Shown here: in pieces, positions 57,342-64,000 of the stretch | Position numbering within the stretch: position 1 is the stretch's first letter | Layout of the letters: each line of letters starts with the position of its first letter | NCBI GenBank assembly: GCA_903910585.1 | Contig: CAIWAH010000109.1 | Coordinates: forward strand, 6,511-70,510 | DNA length: 64,000 nucleotides | From: an uncultured Verrucomicrobiota bacterium | GTDB lineage: Bacteria; Verrucomicrobiota; Verrucomicrobiia; Limisphaerales; UBA9464 | Direction of reading: 5' to 3' | The notes under the pieces: model-generated | Databases searched by the model: none | Told to the model about the DNA's origin: nothing | The model's input: only the letters and a program-made list of their open reading frames with translations | Made by a program: the position numbers and the translations under genes

Positions 57342-57407
57342 GGCGCGGGCGGCGTCAGTGTTGGCGGAATCGTGTCATCGGCGGGCGGCCAACGGGGCCA
57401 CCCTCCG

Positions 57408-57434
57408 ATTACGACACGGCCGCGGGAAGTTTCT
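57408..57434 (-). promoter_or_regulatory. Weak candidate ECF-type promoter upstream of the sigma gene
   Basis: The minus strand reads AGAAACTT-CCCGCGGCCGTGT-CGTAAT. The AAC and CGT elements are 15 nt apart, about one nt shorter than many ECF promoters. It is embedded in an unusually AT-rich patch (57430-57460). Confidence 0.25.
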
Positions 57435-57524
57435 TAGAAAATAGTTTCAGGAAACATTCCCAACCGCCACCAGCCGCCCTGAGGAACGCCGGAAACTTCG
57501 CTTCCGCCCCGCCGGGAGCGCAGT

Positions 57525-57755
57525 TCAGGCCTTCGCGGGGACGGTCAAATCCTTCCGGAGCATAACGCCCAGGAGGCCGTCCACGAGGTTCCCGCCGCCC
57601 GCGGAGCCCGTGACCGAGACGTAGGGCACGATGCGGACATTGCGTTCGCCGACGATCTGCATGAGCTGCATGACGGTGTAGCTTTGGGCGCCCACCGCCT
57701 CGACGCCGGCGCGGTAGGCCTCGGCCTTGGCGGTGCCAGTGGCGCGGATGGCCTG
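57525..57755 (-). pseudogene. 3' remnant of a flotillin/SPFH (YqiK-like) gene
   Basis: The last ~76 codons read [70 protein letters not shown], a typical flotillin C-terminus. Upstream in that frame the sequence becomes antisense to the Nudix gene. No SPFH domain is present. Confidence 0.6.
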
Positions 57756-58388
57756 GGCTTCGACGAGGGCGACCTCAAGGTGCTGCTCATCCAGCGCGAC
57801 CTGGAACCCTTCGCCGGCAAATGGGCGCTCCCCGGCGGCTTCGTCCGCGTGGAGGAATCGCTGGAAGACGCCGCCCGCCGCGAACTCGCGGAAGAGACCG
57901 GCCTGCAGGACATCTTCCTGGAGCAGCTCTACACCTTCGGCACGCCCGACCGCGACCCGCGCGAACGCGTCGTCAGCGTCGCCCACTACGCGCTCGTCTC
58001 GCTCGCCGACCACAAGCCGCAGGCCGCCACCGACTCCCGCCAGGCCGCGTGGTTCAGCGTGGACGACGCCCCCGACCTCGCCTTCGACCACGAACACGTT
58101 CTCGCCACCGCGCTGGCCCGATTGCGCGGCAAGGTCCGCTACGAACCCATCGGCTTCGAGCTGCTGCCGGCCAAGTTTACCCTCGGCCAGCTCCAGCACC
58201 TCTACGAAGTCGTGCTGGAGGAGCGCCTCGATAAACGCAATTTCCGGAAGAAGATCCTCGGCATGGGCCTGCTGGTGGACACCGGCGAGATCCAGCAGGA
58301 CGTGGCCCACCGCGCCGCCCGCCTCCACCGCTTCGACGAACGCAAATACCAGCAGCTCCGCAAACGCGGCTTCAGCTTCTGGCTGTAA
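57684..58388 (+). CDS. NrtR-like Nudix hydrolase / winged-helix regulator (5' end ambiguous, possibly truncated)
   Basis: Nudix box: [29 protein letters not shown]. NrtR-type C-terminal wHTH: [38 protein letters not shown]. The first ~25 codons are Gly/Ala-rich and antisense to the flotillin remnant. Confidence 0.72.
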   Translation: MGAHRLDAGAVGLGLGGASGADGLGFDEGDLKVLLIQRDLEPFAGKWALPGGFVRVEESLEDAARRELAEETGLQDIFLEQLYTFGTPDRDPRERVVSVAHYALVSLADHKPQAATDSRQAAWFSVDDAPDLAFDHEHVLATALARLRGKVRYEPIGFELLPAKFTLGQLQHLYEVVLEERLDKRNFRKKILGMGLLVDTGEIQQDVAHRAARLHRFDERKYQQLRKRGFSFWL

Positions 58389-58414
58389 TCTGACAAAACG
58401 AGCCAGCCAACCCC

Positions 58415-58765
58415 ATGCGTGACGACCGCCTCATCACCCTCCCCGGCTTCCTTGACGCCTTCGCAAGCCAAGATCGCGGTCGGAAAGACCGACCATTCTG
58501 CTTCACCCGGCAAGATGTGCTGGCGGAACTCGCTTTCTTTCAGGCGGCACACGTTAGAACCAAATGGCCAGCCATCCTTGCCCACCTTAAAGAGTTGTTA
58601 GCTGCGGGTGCCCGTTCTCCGGGCTGGAACCTTTCCTCCAATATCAATGTCGCCTCCAAAGCGGGCCATCCTAACGTCCCGCTGCTGGAAGCCCTCGCCG
58701 CGGTCATCGCCGAGGGCGCGGATCCCGCCACGCTGGAGGCCTTTCCGGAGTGGCAGGCCGCCTAA
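58415..58765 (+). CDS. Hypothetical protein
   Basis: 116-aa ORF (MRDDRLITLPGFLDAFASQDRGRKDRPFCF...) in a locally lower-GC stretch. No motif recognised. Confidence 0.45.
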   Translation: MRDDRLITLPGFLDAFASQDRGRKDRPFCFTRQDVLAELAFFQAAHVRTKWPAILAHLKELLAAGARSPGWNLSSNINVASKAGHPNVPLLEALAAVIAEGADPATLEAFPEWQAA

Positions 58766-58966
58766 GCTGTCACCCATGTCCCTCCTCGACTGCTGCCATC
58801 TTTGTTCTGGAGCACAACGTCCAAAGCATCGCGCCATTGTTTTCGGCATTCCTACCGACTGACCGAGTGCCTGGGAAAGCACTCGCTTCCCCGCATAGAC
58901 CGGTGCCACCCACGTTCAGCCGCTCACACCATTGACCGGGCACCGGTTTTGCCGTGCCCTCGGTCC

Positions 58967-60274
58967 ATGCGCCGCCGATTCCTGCTGCCAGGTTTGCTGC
59001 TGCTGCTTGCGTGGCTGGCGCGCGCCGAGCCGGCCAGGGTGATCTCCCTCGTTCCGACCAACGGCGCGGTCGAGGTGCCGGTCGGGCTCACCCACCTCGT
59101 CATCGAGTTCGACCAGGACATGCGGTCCGGATTCTCGGTGACCGGCGGCGGGCCGAGCTTTCCGAAGATCACGGGCAAACTTCAGTGGGTCACGCCGCGA
59201 CGCCTGGTCGTGCCGGTGGAACTGCGGCCGGGTCACGACTACCGCTTCGGCATCAACTCCCGGTCAGCGCGGAACTTTCGCAATCTCGCGGGTGAAGCCA
59301 CGGAACCCGTGTCCGTCACGTTCCGCACGGCGGGCCAGGCCGGCACGCCGCTGACCAACGCGCCCGCGATGGCGGCGGAACTGCGGCGCGTGATCCGCGA
59401 GCACTATTCCTATCGCGACCGCGTGGTGACCGACTGGGAAGCGCGCTTCGCGGAGGCCGCTTCCGCCCTGACGAATGCACCCACCGACGTGGCGTTTGCG
59501 GCGGCGGCGGTGACGCTGCTCGCGGCCGCGGACGATCCCCACCTGACCGTGCTGGTCGAGGATCAGCGGCTGGGCACCACCTCGCGTTCGTTGCGCCCCA
59601 ACGCGGACTTCCGCAAACTCGCGCGACGGGTCCCCGAATGGCGCGAAGTCAACCGCACGGTCGCCACCGGCCGGTTCCCGGACGGCCTCGGCTACGTGCT
59701 GCTCTCGACCTGGGGCGGACCGGAAGCGGACCTCGCGCCCGCCCTCGCGGCGTTGGACGCCTTCACGGCCACGGGCGCCAAGGGCGTGGTGGTGGACGTG
59801 CGTTTCAACGGCGGCGGCGACGAAACGCAGGCGCGGACCGTGGCGGGCCGGTTCACGGCGACGAACGTGGTGTATGCCCGGCATCGCATCCGCGACCCCG
59901 CGGAAACGGACGGTTGGTCACCGGTCCGCACGCGGGTGCTGCGTGCCGAACGCGACCCGGCCCGGCGTTTTTCCGGCAAGGTGGCGGTGCTCATGGGGCC
60001 GAAGTGCATGAGCAGCAACGAGGCGTTTCTCCTGATGGCGCGGGCGACCGGCGCGCGCCTGTTCGGGGAGCGTTCGGCCGGATCGTCGGGCAATCCGCGG
60101 CGCATTGAGCTGGGCGGCGGCGTCACCGTGAGCGTGCCGTCGTGGGAAGCGCAGGACACCGCGGGCAACGTCGTCGAGGGTCGGGGAATCGCACCGGACG
60201 AAACGGTGGTGTTCGAGCCGGCTTCCGCGGATGACGCGGTGCTGGCGGCGGCGCTGAAGTGGCTGCGGGAGTGA
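58967..60274 (+). CDS. Secreted S41-family peptidase with an N-terminal Ig-like (SbsA/BIg-like) domain
   Basis: ATG at 58967 gives the signal peptide MRRRFLLPGLLLLLAWLARA. S41 core: GVVVDVRFNGGGDE...VAVLMGPKCMSSNEAFLL...GERSAGSSGNP...GRGIAPD. Confidence 0.78.
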   Translation: MRRRFLLPGLLLLLAWLARAEPARVISLVPTNGAVEVPVGLTHLVIEFDQDMRSGFSVTGGGPSFPKITGKLQWVTPRRLVVPVELRPGHDYRFGINSRSARNFRNLAGEATEPVSVTFRTAGQAGTPLTNAPAMAAELRRVIREHYSYRDRVVTDWEARFAEAASALTNAPTDVAFAAAAVTLLAAADDPHLTVLVEDQRLGTTSRSLRPNADFRKLARRVPEWREVNRTVATGRFPDGLGYVLLSTWGGPEADLAPALAALDAFTATGAKGVVVDVRFNGGGDETQARTVAGRFTATNVVYARHRIRDPAETDGWSPVRTRVLRAERDPARRFSGKVAVLMGPKCMSSNEAFLLMARATGARLFGERSAGSSGNPRRIELGGGVTVSVPSWEAQDTAGNVVEGRGIAPDETVVFEPASADDAVLAAALKWLRE

Positions 60275-60465
60275 GGTGGGATTACGGAACTGGCCCATCT
60301 GGAGCTGTCCCTCGGGAGTGGCACCGGCGCCTCGCCGGTGGCGGGTCCACCAGGCGCCCTCGCCTGGTGTTCGGCAGACACGGGCGGGTGTCCCACGGAG
60401 GCTGTGTCCGGAGGCGCGCCTGGCGCCGGGCAGCGCCAACACCGGCGTTTACCGCGCCAGTCATC

Positions 60466-61137
<672 letters not shown>

Positions 61138-61183
61138 GCGCTGCGGCTTGCGGTGGCGCGCGGACCGGGAACACGCTCGCGCC

Positions 61184-62419
61184 ATGACTTCCCGCCGCTG
61201 GTTCCGCCTCGTGCCGTTGCTGCCGTTGCTGCTGGCCAGTCCGAAGGTCCGCGCCGCGGACGGCTTCCGGCAGGACCGTTTTGCCATCGGCCTGTGGGTG
61301 CCGCCGCAGACGAAGACCGACCTCGAATTCCGCTACCGCGAACTGGCCGAGGCGAACTTCAACCTCGTCATCGGCAACTCGCCGGTGCCGGTCGCCGAAC
61401 AGCTCCGCGTCTGCGACCGGCTTGGTCTGAAGACGCTCGTCCATGTCCCCGGCCCCGTCGCCGGTTGGCCGACCAACGAATCCTGCTGGGGCTATCTCCT
61501 GCGGGACGAACCGGGCGTGGCGGACTTTCCCGGACTGGCCCAGTCGGTGGCCGAGATCCGGCGGCTGCGGCCGGACCGGCTGGCCTACATCAACCTCTTC
61601 CCCAACTACGCCAACGCCACCCAACTGGGCGTTGCGACCTACGAGGAGCACGTCGCCCGCTTCATGGCCGAGGTGAAGCCGGCCGTCCTCTCGATGGACC
61701 ATTACCCGCTCATGAAACCCGGAGCCGACCGGCGCGACGCGTATTGCGACAACCTGGAGACGTTCCGCCGTCATTCGGTCGCCGCCGGGGTGCCGTTCTG
61801 GAACTTCTTCCATTCGATGCCCTTCGCCGACCGGATGGACCCCACCGAGGCGCAGATCCGCTGGCAGATCTTCACCGCCATCGCGTATGGCGCGAAGGGT
61901 GTGCTGCACTTCTGTTACTGGACTCCCGGCCAGGGCAACGCCGGCACCGGTGAATTCCCCAAGGGCGGCGCGATCCTCACCGCCGAAGGACGCCGCACGC
62001 GGCATTACGACGAGGCGCGCCGGATCAACGCCGAGGTGAAGCACTTGGGGCCGACCCTGATGCAGCTCACCGGCGAAGGCGTGCTCCGGGTGAACACCGG
62101 CAAGGATCCCGCCGCCGTCCTGACGAACGGCCCCGTGCGCGACCTCCAACGTGTCGGCCACGATCCGCACGCGGAACTGGTGGTCGGCCGCCTGCGCCAC
62201 GCCGACGGCCGGCGGGCGGTGGTGCTGGTGAACCATGACCATGCCTACACCGCCTGGCCCACGGTGACCTTCGACGCCGAGCTTGGCGACGTCCGCGAAG
62301 TGGACAAGGCCACCGGCGCGGAAGTTCCCCTCGTGGACGACAGCCCGGAACTGCCAGGAATCCAGCTCAGCTTCGGTGCCGGCGACGGCCGCCTGTTCCT
62401 GCTGCCGGCGAAACGGTAG
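61184..62419 (+). CDS. Secreted TIM-barrel glycoside-hydrolase-like protein (family not assigned)
   Basis: ATG at 61184 gives the signal peptide MTSRRWFRLVPLLPLLLASPKVRA. WGYLLRDEPG...YINLFPNYA...LSMDHYP...AYGAKGVLHFCYW resembles GH42/GH-A clan hypothetical hydrolases. The function is tentative. Confidence 0.6.
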   Translation: MTSRRWFRLVPLLPLLLASPKVRAADGFRQDRFAIGLWVPPQTKTDLEFRYRELAEANFNLVIGNSPVPVAEQLRVCDRLGLKTLVHVPGPVAGWPTNESCWGYLLRDEPGVADFPGLAQSVAEIRRLRPDRLAYINLFPNYANATQLGVATYEEHVARFMAEVKPAVLSMDHYPLMKPGADRRDAYCDNLETFRRHSVAAGVPFWNFFHSMPFADRMDPTEAQIRWQIFTAIAYGAKGVLHFCYWTPGQGNAGTGEFPKGGAILTAEGRRTRHYDEARRINAEVKHLGPTLMQLTGEGVLRVNTGKDPAAVLTNGPVRDLQRVGHDPHAELVVGRLRHADGRRAVVLVNHDHAYTAWPTVTFDAELGDVREVDKATGAEVPLVDDSPELPGIQLSFGAGDGRLFLLPAKR

Positions 62420-62535
62420 GCGTCACTGCGCCATCGCCTCGACCAGGTCGCGGAGTTCACGGCGGGTCATCAGGTCGCCGACCGGGCCGAGGCGACGCGG
62501 AAAACGGGTGAAACACCGGACCGGTTTCGCCCCGC

Positions 62536-64000
62536 TCAAGGCAGATCGAAGTCGAACTTGGAAACGTTGGGATCAACCCCGGCCGGCGGAGTCAGCATCT
62601 TGAACGTCTCACCCGGGCTGACGGAAATACTCCCGCCTCCCGGAAGGTCGGGGGTGGTGAAGGGCAGCGTCTTCGTGGGATAGCTGGAGGAGAAATCGAG
62701 GTTTTTGACCTCATAATTCACGGAGATGTTTCCGCTGACACTGGCCTTGATGGTCTGAGTCGATCCGTCGTAGTTGGCCGATGCGTTCCAATCGAGCCAA
62801 GCGTAGGGATGGCCTGGTTCGGTTGACTCGCCGGGCCGAAATTTCAGCCCGAACGCCTTACGCGGGGTCGTGCCGGTCAGGGATCCCGACAACGAAACTA
62901 CCAGACTGGTGGACACCTTCGCCGTGCTGGTGAAGGTGAAATCTCCGTAAGCGAGCGAACCCGTCGCCTCGAACCCCGACTTGGACAGCTTGGCCGGTGT
63001 GGAATAGGTCAGCGTCCGGTCACCAACGGTCAGTGAGCCGGCGGCTTCGGATTCCAGCGTATAGTTGCCGCTGGCCGGCACGGTGCCGGCAACATACAGG
63101 CTGCCGAGCGGGGTTGAGACGGTGCCGCCGAGCACCGCGTTGACGCTGCCGGCGGCGGTTCGGGTCACCGACATCACCGCAGATCCCAGGGTGAATCCGG
63201 TCAGCGGAATGGTGCTGCCGGCCGCAGCCTGCACGCTCATCGCTCCGGAGGGATGCAGCACCCCGGTGGTGTCCACGCCGCCGAGCCCCGGCAACGCATA
63301 ACGGAGGGACACATCGAGCCCCGCGCCACCGCCGGCGCGGAAATGATCGAGCACTTCCAGGGGCGAGAGCGCCCGGTCGTAAATGGCGACCTCGTCGAGT
63401 TGGCCCCGGAAGTAGCGGCCGGTGGCCTGGGCATTCTCGCCCAGGCGGACAGGGAAGTCGTTCTGCAGGAGCGTCTGCCGATACGGCGCGAAGGCTTCGA
63501 GGATGCCGTCCACGTAGAGATATTTGGCCACGCCGTCATAGACGCCCACCACGTGGTGCCAGCGGTTGTCGTCGAGGTTGCTGGTGCCGATCAGGCTATG
63601 GGCGCCGGCGGCGCTGCTGGTATCGAACGATACCTGCCGGGAGTTGTTGTAACGGCTGAGGCGCCACGAAGAGTCGCCCTTGCTCACCAAGGTTTCCCAG
63701 GTCCGGGACCAACCGGCGGTTTTCACCCAGGCCTCAACCGTGAGCCGGGTTGTGAGCCCGTCGAAGGCCGACTCGTTGGCGATCTCCACGTAGTCGTTCA
63801 CCCCATCGAAGCCGGCCGAGAGATTGGCGTCGCCCGCGAGGGCGCCGGACTGCCCGAGCGTCACGCCGCCGACATACGTTCCGGCCAGACCCGGGTCCAA
63901 GAAGCGGTCTTTCTTGGTGGAGTCTGCCGCGGTGGTGCCGGTCGTTTCGCCGAGGCGCCAATATGCGAGGGGATTGTCCCCGCGATCGATGGAGACCAGC
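62536..64000 (-). CDS. LamG (Laminin_G_3) domain protein; 5' end lies beyond the window
   Basis: The frame stays open to position 64000 upstream of the ORF-track TTG start (LVSIDRGDNPLAYWRLGETTGTTAADSTKKDRFLDPGLAGTY...). LamG core: FDGVNDYVEIANESAFDGLTTRLTVEAWVK...DDNRWHHVVGVYDG...YLYVDG...FRGQLDEVAIYDRALS. Confidence 0.85.
   Translation of the reverse strand, partial: LVSIDRGDNPLAYWRLGETTGTTAADSTKKDRFLDPGLAGTYVGGVTLGQSGALAGDANLSAGFDGVNDYVEIANESAFDGLTTRLTVEAWVKTAGWSRTWETLVSKGDSSWRLSRYNNSRQVSFDTSSAAGAHSLIGTSNLDDNRWHHVVGVYDGVAKYLYVDGILEAFAPYRQTLLQNDFPVRLGENAQATGRYFRGQLDEVAIYDRALSPLEVLDHFRAGGGAGLDVSLRYALPGLGGVDTTGVLHPSGAMSVQAAAGSTIPLTGFTLGSAVMSVTRTAAGSVNAVLGGTVSTPLGSLYVAGTVPASGNYTLESEAAGSLTVGDRTLTYSTPAKLSKSGFEATGSLAYGDFTFTSTAKVSTSLVVSLSGSLTGTTPRKAFGLKFRPGESTEPGHPYAWLDWNASANYDGSTQTIKASVSGNISVNYEVKNLDFSSSYPTKTLPFTTPDLPGGGSISVSPGETFKMLTPPAGVDPNVSKFDFDLP

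Noticed and set aside
57756-58328. Upstream part of the 267-aa minus-strand ORF 57525..58328
   Set aside because: It is antisense to the Nudix/NrtR gene and has Gly/Ala/Val/Glu-rich junk composition. Only the last ~76 codons resemble flotillin.
58888-58940. 9-bp stem (accggtgcc / ggcaccggt) followed by tttt, upstream of the S41 peptidase gene
   Set aside because: The loop is ~32 nt, too large for a convincing intrinsic terminator. It may be fortuitous.

Overview
High-GC (roughly 65% by eye) bacterial chromosomal window. The gene content looks like Verrucomicrobiota or another PVC-group organism; this is an inference from the giant CotH/lamin-tail and LamG secreted proteins and the palindromic REP-like units. 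I can support about 50 protein genes and one tRNA-Gln. I saw no rRNA, CRISPR array, transposase or integrase. Layout: (1) 1-5.4 kb holds a giant secreted CotH + 6x lamin-tail protein that is absent from the ORF track because it runs off the window. (2) 5.5-14.9 kb holds housekeeping and membrane genes (exoD, ald, rsmI, an HTTM-like protein, yqeY-like, pgsA, a TatA-like::PgpA fusion). (3) 14.9-22.4 kb holds a complete aa3-type cytochrome c oxidase cluster with heme A biosynthesis, led by an amicyanin-like cupredoxin and preceded by a perfect TGTGA-N6-TCACA palindrome. (4) 22.4-30.2 kb holds ribH, an orphan MCP, a PQQ-like propeller and a 1160-aa PA14-like + 3x LamG-like repeat protein. (5) 30.4-35.1 kb holds tRNA-Gln, then a GT4 glycosyltransferase, two methyltransferases and a duplicated-domain secreted protein. 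(6) 35.2-46.0 kb holds rho (with a long disordered N-terminus), gatB, a Crp/Fnr regulator, a DUF11 protein, an orphan sugar-type SBP, purN, an RlmI-like methyltransferase and a heme-c/PHM-like/TPR fusion. (7) 46.0-57.3 kb holds the most interesting candidate system: ECF sigma, then an anti-sigma::VWA (YfbK-like) fusion, then a ~2400-aa internally duplicated membrane protein of unknown family. Two palindromic repeat elements sit at its gene junctions. (8) 57.5-64 kb holds an apparent rearrangement junction (flotillin 3' remnant against an NrtR-like Nudix gene), an S41 peptidase, a beta carbonic anhydrase, a GH-like protein and a LamG protein that runs off the window. Many of the longest ORFs in the six-frame track are antisense artefacts of the GC-rich coding sequence. 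All family calls come from motif recognition by eye; no database search was run.
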